Part shown: positions 12,571-23,619 of the stretch, in pieces
Layout: each line of letters opens with the position of its first letter
Position numbering within the stretch: the stretch's first letter is position 1
Assembly (NCBI RefSeq): GCF_001194135.2
Contig: NC_068989.1
Span: forward strand, 65,890,924-65,922,936
DNA: 32,013 nt
Direction: 5' to 3'
Origin: Octopus bimaculoides
Taxonomy: Eukaryota
Translations under genes and position numbers: made by a program
Notes under the pieces: generated by a model
Told to the model about the DNA's origin: nothing
Databases searched by the model: none
The model's input: the letters and a program-made list of their open reading frames with translations, nothing else

Positions 12571-12706
12571 CTGTGGTTGAGCAGCGCGGGTACACGCAGC
12601 CAGATGCAAGGAAGAAGGAGGGGTAAGGAGGTAAATCGAACGGTAATTGAATACTGGATCAGGAATGAAAATAGAGTGCCCAGTAGAATTGTTACAAAAG
12701 ATATGC
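12468..12706. repeat. 78-bp inverted repeat with 83-nt spacer
   Basis: 12468-12545 is the reverse complement of 12629-12706 at 77/78 positions. Confidence 0.97.
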
Positions 12707-12850
12707 CACCTTGGCACGGTCAGAATAACCAGGAAATTATTACATAGTTGAAAAGAACGGATAGCATGGTAATGTAGGCAGCGAGTAGCAAGCCCGCTAC
12801 GCATGCAAAACTCCAGGAGTTCCAACAAAACCTGTGATAAAGAGAAATAG
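12647..12850 (+). mobile_element. R4/Dong-clade LINE C-terminus and probable 3' UTR
   Basis: 12647-12751 reads LNTGSGMKIECPVELLQKICHLGTVRITRKLLHS*, matching the R4-type terminal LQK..LLGT.RI.RK.L motif. The 3' boundary is approximate. Confidence 0.7.
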
Positions 12851-13085
12851 TAGACAATACGAAGAGCAAGATGAGATTGTAATAGAATTTTTATTGGTTT
12901 GAACAATATTTGGACAATATTTGAAACTGAAAAGTGATAAATAGAAATTCAAAATTATCACTGAACTCAGCAAAGACATGCATGCCGTCGAAATATTCAA
13001 TCCAATAAAATATATATTGCAATCGCATCACACTCTTCGTATTGTCTATTTATCTTTGTGAGAAGTTACGTCAATCTTTATAAAG

Positions 13086-13087
13086 TA

Positions 13088-13177
<90 letters not shown>

Positions 13178-13193
13178 CAACAACAACAACAAC

Positions 13194-13224
<31 letters not shown>
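13086..13224. repeat. (AAT)n/(AAC)n repeat
   Basis: Directly visible. Confidence 0.95.
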
Positions 13225-13760
13225 TTCTTTTATTATAATACGAATACCANNNNNNNNNNNNNNNNNNNNNNNNNNNNNNNNNNNNNNNNNNNNNNNNNNN
13301 NNNNNNNNNNNNNNNNNNNNNNNNNNNNNNNNNNNNNNNNNNNNNNNNNNNNNNNNNNNNNNNNNNNNNNNNNNNNNNNNNNNNNNNNNNNNNNNNNNNN
13401 NNNNNNNNNNNNNNNNNNNNNNNNNNNNNNNNNNNNNNNNNNNNNNNNNNNNNNNNNNNNNNNNNNNNNNNNNNNNNNNNNNNNNNNNNNNNNNNNNNNN
13501 NNNNNNNNNNNNNNNNNNNNNNNNNNNNNNNNNNNNNNNNNNNNNNNNNNNNNNNNNNNNNNNNNNNNNNNNNNNNNNNNNNNNNNNNNNNNNNNNNNNN
13601 NNNNNNNNNNNNNNNNNNNNNNNNNNNNNNNNNNNNNNNNNNNNNNNNNNNNNNNNNNNNNNNNNNNNNNNNNNNNNNNNNNNNNNNNNNNNNNNNNNNN
13701 NNNNNNNNNNNNNNNNNNNNNNNNNNNNNNNNNNNNNNNNNNNNNNNNNNNNNNNNNNAT

Positions 13761-14264
13761 GTAAAATACGTAAAAAAAAGTCGAAGATTACGATTCAGAG
13801 TGATTTCCCGCAGTAATATGACAAAGTAATTCATGTGAAATTAAAGTGGTTTTTTTTTTGTGTTTCTTCTTTTAACTTTTTTAAAAAACACTTTTCGATT
13901 TTTTTCCCCATCGTGGGAAAATACGGAGATTAAGAATATGGAAAAAATAAACACAAATTCAAATTTTAATTACAAATATTTTATGAAAAACTCTGACCCA
14001 AAATTCCCCACTCCCGCCATCCCGCTGTTTAAAAGTGAAAATGAACGGCTGTTTTGTGTGCTTCTATATGAGTTATAGTAAAAGGATCACGGCAGCGCCT
14101 GGTCACTAAAATGATTAAAAAATAACAGTCTAATTAGGTGTAAATAAAATGTGTGAGAAACAAATATGAAAACTAAAAGTGTCATATTTCGGATTGAGTG
14201 TGTTATCGCAGATTTGTGAGATTTCTTCAGAATCGTAATCTTCGTATTTTTCTACGTATTTCAC
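13761..14264. repeat. Imperfect inverted repeat pair of about 36 bp, possibly (sub)terminal repeats of a non-autonomous DNA transposon
   Basis: 13761-13796 versus 14230-14264: GAATCGTAATCTTCG is exact, followed by a T-run and TACGTATTT. The left arm abuts a gap, so the true end and any TSD are not visible. Confidence 0.45.
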
Positions 14265-14540
14265 AAAAGAAAAAAAAAAAAAAGAAAATTCCGGAAATAA
14301 GTGGAAAATGAAGTGGGAGAGGTAACTGAAATTTTCAAAATGGGATTTTTGAAGATTCTTTATTCAGAATCACATCCTCCATAACCAAAAACGTTGGAAT
14401 CCTTCCCAACTCCCCAGAGTCGTCAGCGCGCATTTTTTTTTTTTTTTCATATTCATTTTCTAGATACTTGCTAACACCCACCAGGCAAGTTCGTTATTTT
14501 TTTTTCCCGGGTGAAGATCTTTATATTAACCGATTTGTTA

Positions 14541-15007
14541 TGGTATAAAAGATGGGCTACAGCAAATATTCTGCTCCACACATTTACTTGTCAGTTGTTT
14601 GACCTTAACCATTTGATCTTGTCCTTTAGTGGTTGACGATATGTGCATCTCTGATCAGGCGCAAAAGTAGTGAGGGGGCATCATAGCCATGTTTTGAGAG
14701 GAATTCTTTGGAATTTGAATAATTAACCTCCGGAAACATGGATGTTTCATTCAATATCCTTAAACAATCATTATTCAATGATCATGTGCGTGGGATGGGC
14801 TACTCGACCTGAAGAAAATTCTAGCTGGGCCCCACCTGCAAGGTCATGAGCTGTTTATATTGATATGCCATCACCATGTCGCGCACATATGGTTGTGATG
14901 GATGTGGCTGGTGTACCCTTATCAGACCAGTAGTCATGATGGGTATACTGAGCTTCGTTTATTTTACCTCACTGTCACGTTGATGGCATGCTCTGCTCTC
15001 TTACTCA
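14541..15007 (+). mobile_element. Longer copy (about 470 bp) of the (AAT)n-tailed non-autonomous retroelement
   Basis: The 3' 165 bp match 10706-10869 and the element ends in (AAT)n(GAT)n. Its 5' segment GATGGGCT.CA..AAATATTCTGCTC recurs at 15099-15124. The 5' boundary is approximate. Confidence 0.75.
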
Positions 15008-15037
15008 TTAATAATAATAATGATGATGATGATTACT

Positions 15038-15096
15038 ATTATTTCTTTATTGCCCACAAGGAGCTAAACACAGAGGGGACAAACAAGGACAGACAC
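15038..15096 (-). mobile_element. Probable retroelement 3' tail fragment in opposite orientation
   Basis: Minus strand reads TGTCTGTCCTTGTTTGTCCCCTCTGTGTTTAGCTCCTTGTGGGCAATAAAGAAATAA running into the trinucleotide tract. Recalled as a common octopus SINE-type tail; no second copy in the window confirms it. Confidence 0.45.
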
Positions 15097-15150
15097 ATGA
15101 TGGGCTGCAATAAATATTCTGCTCAATACCACAGATTTGGAACAGCTTTC

Positions 15151-15198
15151 AGTCACTGACGACGTCCTCGGACGAAACAGGATATATTTTGTTGGACT
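15151..15198 (+). ncRNA. Type I hammerhead-ribozyme-like motif, probably decayed
   Basis: AGTCA-CTGACGA-C-GTC(CTCG)GAC-GAAA-CAGGA(TATA)TTTTG-T-T-GGACT. Core CUGACGA and GAAA are present, with stem II, a 6-bp stem III (two G-U) and a GUU cleavage triplet. Stem I is AGTC/GACT with an A-G mismatch next to the core. Confidence 0.55.
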
Positions 15199-15239
15199 AA
15201 AAATATCAGATCCAATGTACGTGTACGTGTGCGTGTTTT

Positions 15240-15240
<1 letters not shown>

Positions 15241-15316
<76 letters not shown>
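15241..15316. repeat. (TAGA)n microsatellite
   Basis: Directly visible. Confidence 0.95.
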
Positions 15317-15317
<1 letters not shown>

Positions 15318-15629
15318 TGACTGATACATAGAGCAACGCATATATAAGTATAAATATATATATAAATTTAATATAGCACATATATAAATATGCGCATATA
15401 TATTTATGTACCCATACATGCTTACACCTATTTGTTCACACACACATTTATCTTAATGTTTGTTTTTATGCTGAGTTATAGAAACTGTATAATAATTCTT
15501 TGTAGAGTGCACATTATACATTTGCAAGAAGAATGTTGATAGTGACTTCGAATTATCGACTTGCTAGCCTGCATCGGTCAGACGGACGAAAGCTAGCAGG
15601 TTGAAATTTGGAAGTAACTATCGCTGTTA

Positions 15630-15695
15630 CATCCATCCATCCATCCATCCATCCATCCATCCATCCATCAATCCATTCATCCATCCATCCATCCA
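15630..15695. repeat. (ATCC)n microsatellite
   Basis: Directly visible. Confidence 0.92.
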
Positions 15696-16128
15696 TACAT
15701 ACATGCATGCATACAAACATATACCTACATACATATATACATATATGTGTGTTTGTCTGTACGTGTGTGTGTGTATTTCGATGTGTAAATGAAAGTACTC
15801 AATGCTTTAAGAGGAAAGACAGCATTATTCCTCATACTGCAACATCATAAGCTAATGAAGCCCTATTATTAATATATACAACGAGAATGGCAATGCACGT
15901 ATATATTTACCACTTTCAATAATCAAAACTGAAAGAAAACTGATTCATGGCATTTGGAAAGTACCGTCAAATCGGATGTAAATTAGCTGTCAATTAAAGC
16001 TGTCCGCTCTTGTATTTTCTTTCGCAATGTTATAAATCATGCCACATTTACATTTCTGTATAGGTTTTTTGTTTAGGCTCCTTTCTGCTTTTTTTTTTAA
16101 TTTCTTGTTGCCGCTTGTAAAATCATCC

Positions 16129-16433
16129 ATTGTATATATATATATATATCCGTACATAAATAAGTGAACAAATACATACATACAAGCATACATACATACA
16201 TACATACATACATACATACATAAATACATACATACATACATACATACATACATACGTACGTACATACATACATACATACATACGTACGTACGTACATACG
16301 TACGTACATACATACGTACGTATGTACATACATACATGTAAATATATGTCTGTGTGCGTGTGTGTGCGTGTGTGTGCAAGTGCGTGTGTCTGCGTACGTG
16401 TATACATACATATCTGCATTTCATGTGTGCAAA

Positions 16434-16505
<72 letters not shown>

Positions 16506-16805
16506 ACATACATATACACTCACTTAGATATACATATACATATAACTACACACACACATATATATATATATACACATTGATTTATATTTATACATATATA
16601 TATATATATGTGTGTGTATGTATGTATGTATGTATGTATATATGTATAGGTCCATTCACACAACACCCCCATAAATGCACGCACACAAATCGATATATAT
16701 GTTGAATAGGTACGTAAATATACAGATACATCAGTACATGCATATGCATACAGACACACGTATACACGAACACATACATACACATACATACGCATGTACA
16801 TACGC
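16129..16805. repeat. Large compound microsatellite field (TA, ACAT, ACGT, TG)
   Basis: Successive degenerate di- and tetranucleotide blocks; source of many YI/YVCM ORFs. Confidence 0.9.
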
Positions 16806-17590
16806 ACAAAACACACGTTTATGTGAAATGTCTAGCGTCAAAATGATCATGTGGAAAATGTGGGCACCATATATAATATAGAAGCAGTCATTATCAACAA
16901 TAATTTCTTCTTTGATGAATCCCGCCATGACGTTACACAAGAACGTCGTCATTAACAACCTAATACTCTGAGAAACAACAGCGAACATTTATAACGGCAA
17001 TCCTGAATCAGATGGCCCGAATTTCTATAAAATGTGGTACATAAACATGATGTTGCACATTTCTAGGACAATTATATTAGGCAGGTAGGGAGTGAGAGAG
17101 AGAGAAAGAAATAAAGAGAGAGACAGAGAGATTTACTAAGGAAGAGTTGGTGAAATTGAAGCTTAGATGTGCAAGTTTTTAGAATAGAGACGCACACACT
17201 ACGTCATTGTAATCTTGTAATGAATATGTTTGGAGAATCACAATGCTCACTAAGCGTTGGACACTTCTTATACTTACCTGCATACAGACTTACATGCATG
17301 CATACACACATACATACATACATACATACATACATACATACATACATGCATGCATGCATACATACATACATGCATACATACATACATACAAGCATAAAAA
17401 ACATACATACATACATCCATAGACACAGACACACATATATATTTATATATATATTTTATACGGTGCTACACACACACACACATATGCGCTTATGTGTCTA
17501 TGTAGAAGCGTATAAATTAGCATATACATATACATATGTAACCATATATATATACGTATGTCAGTAAATAGTGGGGTTGTGTTAAACACC

Positions 17591-17622
<32 letters not shown>

Positions 17623-18387
17623 CAAACATGCATAAATACGTACATACATATATAAGTGCATGCCGCTAATGCGTTTGTATACGTGTATTTCTGGAGTGAA
17701 TGTATACACGGCTTCGACACGTAGTGGTATACAATAGAGTTTCGTATTAAAGTATGATTCATACCTAAATAACTAATATGAGTCTAAGAGGGAGCTTCGT
17801 TAGTGTTTCAACGCCCTCTTTGATCTCAAGATTCTTCCCAAACCAAAGAAGTTCATCTTTGAAACATATATGCACTCACAAATACGTGTGTGTGTTTGTT
17901 TGCGTGTGCGTGTGTGTGTGCGTGTGCATGTTTGTTTGTGCGTGTATGTGTGTGTGTGTGGGTGTGCGTGCACGTGCGCGTACGCTAATATCGAACAGTA
18001 CTCAACCCCGTGTTCGTGGATAAATATTCTTTATGGTTATCCAGGCTAATATCTGTTTCATGTTAAGAGATATCTGCTTTAACATTAAGCCAATGGTTGC
18101 CTTGTTAGCCCTATGTGCGTTGTGCGTGTGGGTGTGGGTGTGTGTGTGTGTGTGTGTGTGTATTTTATCTGCTGTTAGGTCTTCTCAGTAGCACTGCTCG
18201 GTAAATCATATGTATATTGAGCATACTGTAAAATTGCGTGAATAGTACAGCATCAGTTGCTTGGTCCAAAATGTGTGCTGCTTCTGTTGATTAAACTATA
18301 TATTACTTAGGTTGGTAGAAGTGTACTAAGCCAAATGCATAATGGATTGGATGTCTATAGATGAAAGTATTATATATATATATATAT

Positions 18388-18424
18388 ACAAGGTCATTGT
18401 ATCTGAAGTCAATTACAACTTTCT

Positions 18425-18469
<45 letters not shown>

Positions 18470-18500
18470 TAGATATATATATATGTAATTNNNNNNNNNN

Positions 18501-18555
<55 letters not shown>

Positions 18556-18698
18556 CATGTATGTATATATACATATATATACATATATATACATATATAT
18601 ACATGTATGTATGTATGTATATATATATATATAGATATATATATATATATATATAGTTAGATATCTGTTGTAATTGACTTCAGATACAATGACCTTGT
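18388..18698. repeat. Perfect 32-bp inverted repeat around a TA-rich microsatellite and 10-N gap
   Basis: ACAAGGTCATTGTATCTGAAGTCAATTACAAC at 18388-18419 is the exact reverse complement of 18667-18698. Confidence 0.9.
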
Positions 18699-19560
18699 TA
18701 TTAATAATTCTAGAGGGATGGATGTTATTAGCTAAATTAATGTTAGTATTAATAAATACATCCCTATTTAACAGGCTAATATTATGTGAAGAGGTAATTT
18801 GTAAGTGAGTTTTTGTGTCGGAAAAACCAATCCTAACCGTGTGTGAGTTGATGATAGAGTAATACCTAGAATTCTTTGGAAAATTCCTAATAATAGCTTC
18901 ACGAAACTGCAAAGGAAGATTAGATTTAATTCCCCTCACATAAGAAATGATTAACCAAATAGTTTTACTATTAGTTACCTTATTTTTAGTATAACTATCT
19001 TTGAAAGACATAGATTTACCTTTAGAATGAAAAAATGGGTAATTCTCACCTTTAGAGAAGAGTTATATAAAAACGATAGTCTTAATATACTGACTATATT
19101 GAATTCTTATGCGATAAATAGATTTTAAAATAAGGCGTATGCAATTTTATATAAGTATGTTTAGATATATTCTTTAGAATAGGCTATTTCTATCTACCCT
19201 TACCGAAAACATAATGAAAAGTAATTGAAATAAACGAGGTGTCGAAACACTCCTTTAGTGCCCAACATTGTTCTATGTCTGTTTTAATCTTCAAATGAGG
19301 TACATTAGTTAGTGCGGCTTATTATGATAAAAATGGTAACAGTGTCATTACCGAATGACCAAATACTTCTTTCACATAAAGAATTCCAGATGTAAAAACA
19401 ACCTGAAATATTCTATCATATAAAGCAGAGTATTGTTTAAATGTCTTCATCCATATTACCATAAAGTTCCTAAATGAATTATCTTTCCATTTCAGATATA
19501 GCAAAGATATCTTAGTGAAAATATTAAAGTAAGCAATTCTTGATGGAAAAAGCTCTTAGA
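18667..19560 (-). mobile_element. Degenerate Penelope-like retroelement fragment (RT-to-GIY-YIG linker)
   Basis: 18966-18766 reads [67 protein letters not shown], paralleling the PLE linker IIWFNPPY...TNIG..FL.LI.KHFP....L.KIFN.NTVK.SYS...N...IISSHN..LL. Weaker upstream remnants (ELFPS, WKDNSFRNF) may be RT, so the upstream limit is uncertain. Confidence 0.62.
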
Positions 19561-20428
19561 AGTTCTTTAACCACTGTAATACCAGAATCCTTTCCAATAG
19601 ACATACTATAGTACTCCCATTTTTTATTACATTGCTTCAAGCAACCGACATCTTAGTCATAATAGTATTTTGAAAGCGTAAACTATTTTGTCAATATCTA
19701 ACCCGACATAACAGCATCCGAAAGTAGATATATCAACCTGACAGATAATGCTTTAAATTTGGTTTTTACCAACACTTTCATACATTATATAAACCCGCAA
19801 AGAGTTTGCAATTAGCCTCTCCATAATTGTTTCATATGCCTTTTAAAAGTGAGGAGCTCCGAACTGTCTATTCATTGTTTACATAATGGTTCTCTATCAA
19901 ATCTTATTGTGTAAAATTCAAGACAGATGATTATATAATTCAAAGATGACAACAGTTTGAATGACCACACAGAAGCCTTAGGTTACTGCAGGACTGATTT
20001 GAAGTTCTTGCTATGTAAGTACGTGCATCTAAATTGTTGAAGGAAGCAGCAGTTCGCATTCATATGGAAGGTTCAAAGAGAAAATCGCGCCCAAAAGTGG
20101 GATAATAGAAGTAATATATTTCTTAGCTCCGCTTCTAAAGGCACTTAACGATCACCATATAATTCCCTTCCCCAATTATAGATATTTATACGAGCTTAAA
20201 TATTTATACATGTGCGTGTGTGTTCGTATATGTATATATAGGAATAAGACATTTGGCAGTTTGCAGAATAGTATATTGTTAATAGTAATTATAAGGTTTT
20301 GTCGGGATTGAAACATAGCTACGTGTAATAATTCTATCGTGCAACAGATGTTGGTTTCGTAGTAACTTAGCAAATTAAATTTTTCCCAGTTTAAATAAAT
20401 CACTCCGATTGAAATAACATACATACAT

Positions 20429-20475
<47 letters not shown>

Positions 20476-20774
20476 CGTGTGTGTGTGTGCGTGTGTGTGG
20501 GTGTGTGTTTTGAAGAAAATGTAACTGAAATAGTATAATCTCGAGTTTCTTTTATGTATAATATTAAAATTTATTTTTGTCTATAATTTCTAAGATTATA
20601 TATTTCAACACCTTCTTTGAACTATTTTGGAAAATATAAAAAATTAAGAAAAAGAACTTCTAGATACCACGTGTGAAGATCACTATCAGCAATGAAGGAA
20701 CGACTATTTAGTCTCACATACTGAACTAAATCAATAAAGTTATTTTTTTAATTTTGAATTTATCATATGAAAGT

Positions 20775-20890
20775 ATGGTTAAGTTATTAGGAAGTTCATT
20801 TAATCACAACATTAGATGTCGATCCCACTGTGCTGCATTATGGCCAGCTGTTTCTGCCATAGACTCAGATTGAAGGAAACCTGAAAGTGA
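20775..20890 (+). mobile_element. Highly degenerate SINE (family C-like head)
   Basis: GTATGGTTAAG...GATCCCACTGTGCTGCA...GGAAACCTGAAAG resembles the minus-strand head of 3873-4231 (GTCCCACTGCGTGGCAC...GGAAAGTGAAAG). Confidence 0.4.
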
Positions 20891-21035
20891 AATTAACTAA
20901 GCGAGTATTGTATGGAAGTCTCTATATTTATAATTCAGAGCTCGGTATTGTTAGACAGTGGCTCGTTGTGTGTGTCTATGGATTACATTAAGTCTACATG
21001 TGACAGTAGTATGCTCAGTAATGTTTGTTTTATAG

Positions 21036-21119
21036 TATTGAGTTAGAGACAAACACTGCGCCAGTGAGTTCGGCAAGCCCAACGAGATTGGAGTGGTCGG
21101 TACGGTGAAATTGTGCAAG
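21036..21119 (+). other. Candidate exon (84 nt, stops in all frames, so UTR or non-coding if real)
   Basis: Acceptor TGTTTGTTTTATAG|, donor CAAG|GTGAGA, and raised GC relative to the flanks. No transcript evidence. Confidence 0.25.
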
Positions 21120-21982
21120 GTGAGAATTGTGTATAATCTGAGACAGAAATACTGGGCGTAGTAGATAGTACAAGGACTGAGGTCGGCCACAATATTTGCA
21201 ACAAAAGGAGGAAGGGAAAAATAAGTGGAGAATAACCTGAGTTAAAATGTAATACAATGGATAGGTAGTTGGAAGACCACATTATTTTTATTTGTCGAAT
21301 GAATCCATTCATATTTAAACACAAAATAAATTATTTTATGTACACAATTTTTTTTATCAATTATTGACGTTCTTAAATTTCAGGTTTGCCGTTTCAAAAT
21401 TGAGATCGTTTAGTTTTTGTATTATAAATGCAAATCTGGTCATTATTATTACTTTTTTTTTTCCAAAACAAGAAACAAATTACTAGAGCTAAAACGTATT
21501 GTGATATTTTTTCCTGCTAAATTGTAACAATGAAAAGTGAAACATAGGAAGGAAATTACATATGATACCATGCAGCTTCAATATTCGAAAGTATTTTTTT
21601 CTAAAATTGATCAAAAATTGATCATTAACGATAAGCTTTTGACATACATTTCCTGAAATAACAATTTTGAACTAAACACAATCTGTTTTTGTAAAAGCAA
21701 TAGGTACGAGAGGAAATCAGTAAATTACCTTCAAAGAAACTCTAACCTTCTGAGTCATAATCTATGACATTCGGTTCTACGTTCAAACGTCAATAATGTG
21801 TATGACGTATGTAAAGTCAGGATTCTGAAAAAGGGGCTTTCGTTAAAGATAGTTTCTTAATGATTGTAGTATAAATGTGTGCGCGTTTGTGTATATGTGT
21901 GTGTGCGTGTGCATGTGTGTGTGTAATATTAAAGTTTGTATATGTTCATTCATTATAAACACAATTTTATATTAATCTGTAG

Positions 21983-22141
21983 GAATTTAGTTTATTATTC
22001 TTTGACAAGAATAATATTGACAGCGACTACGAAGAATCGGATATCTATCTTATCATCGCACTGTGATGCAATTAATTTAATCTTGTGTTTAGTCTCTGTT
22101 GAGATGAATTTATTTTCGGGCGTGAGGGTTTCAGCTGAAAG
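21983..22141 (+). other. Candidate exon (159 nt, one open frame)
   Basis: Acceptor TTAATCTGTAG|, donor GAAAG|GTAATT. The phase 2-2 frame is open (NLVYYSL...EMNLFSGVRVSAE). No recognisable homology. Confidence 0.2.
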
Positions 22142-22186
22142 GTAATTAGGGTGTAGTGTAGGTAATGATGGAGAAGTGTTGTGGAG

Positions 22187-22188
<2 letters not shown>

Positions 22189-22263
<75 letters not shown>
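22189..22263. repeat. (CA)n microsatellite
   Basis: Directly visible; ends in a gap. Confidence 0.95.
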
Positions 22264-23619
22264 NNNNNNNNNNTAGATAGGTAGAAAGAGAGAGAGAGGG
22301 GGAGTCCAATCGATAGAAAAATAGAAGCAGTGCGACAGTGTGTTAGACAAGGTAAACACAAACGTGTGATAAGCCATCGAAATTTAAACGGTTGCCAAAA
22401 AAAAAAAATAGTTAAAAACTACGTCACGAATTTCAAATATTGAAATATTTTATAGGCGCACATCTAAAATCTCCTGTCATTTCTATTTATCATATACATA
22501 AAGCGCAGGAAAGGAATTTGTTAACGAAGGGGTTTCACACATGACTATGCAAATATATCTGGATGTTAAACGATGATGAAACTATCATTTATGAAATAGG
22601 TTATCCATTATAGAACATTTGTGACCATACGTAAATTTCTCGAAAGAGTCACCTTAGTCACTGATGAAATACAATATTCTATTACAACACTTTGCAATGT
22701 TCACTAAAAGAGTAGGTGTCGTGAATCCTCGGAAAGTTCCCATTCATATTTGTAGAGGTGTTTCCAAATGCTATTGGGATAAAACAAAAGTTACTTTTGC
22801 ACGCTGAAATATGATCAAGTAATGAACAACATTATCATTTATCAACATTAAAACTTCATTAACAGTATTTTATGTATTTATACAAATGAATATAAATAAA
22901 CCACGTATCCTATCTAATAGAAGATGCAGGGTAAAAATTATTAAATAAATAATATATACCAGTGGTTAGCATAAATAATAAACGTCTGTTTTTATAGTAT
23001 AATAGTGAATAGGACTTTATACACGCAGAGGAGACCACCTCATCGGCAGATAATACACGGTTGAATTCATTCACTGCTGTACTACTCTGACTCGGCACGT
23101 TGGTTGAGGACATTCGATTTGAATTTCTTGATGTATAAAGATGGAAGTACATGCGCATGTGTTTACGTTATGTTTTCAGTATGTATTATAGTTTCATAAT
23201 TATGCATTTTCCAGCGACTCTACAGACGAGCTACAGATGGTTAGTTAATCAATTGATTGACTAATTGATTTATTTGATCATAGAGGGTGAAACTCATGGG
23301 TATAGAGTTAACTGAGATTTTTATTCATTCAAGTGTCCTGTTTGCTTACAAGCAACATGAAATAAGTAAGAATTTTCTTTTCGTGGTTTTGGTTTTGACT
23401 GCCCTCTCTATCATGCAAGGAATGCGCATGGTGGTCTCCTCTCCGAACATAAATTTTTATACACTACTATATATATATATATATATNNNNNNNNNNNNNN
23501 NNNNNNNNNNNNNNNNNNNNNNNNNTATATATATACATATATACAAGGCGTAGGTATAAAAAGAGAACATAAATGGCGTTTAAAATTTACGACGGCTATT
23601 TCATTTTGTGTCAGAGGCA

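Noticed and set aside
12468-12706. MITE interpretation of the 78-bp inverted repeat
   Set aside because: There is no target-site duplication, and the right arm is in-frame R4 coding sequence that continues beyond the arm.
15561-15600. Third hammerhead-like look-alike (CTGCATCGGTCAGACGGACGAAAGCTAGCAGG)
   Set aside because: It has a GAC-GAAA end and local hairpins but lacks CUGANGA and a valid UH triplet; at most a very decayed relic.
16731-16988. 85-aa minus ORF with a good internal acceptor
   Set aside because: No convincing donor, it runs into microsatellite, and there is no homology.
22655-22690. AGTCACTGATGA, resembling the 5' side of the 15151 motif
   Set aside because: No GAAA or stem III follows.
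22910-23158. 82-aa minus ORF with a protein-like middle (MSSTNVPSQSSTAVNEFNRVLSADE)
   Set aside because: No recognisable homology and only weak splice sites.
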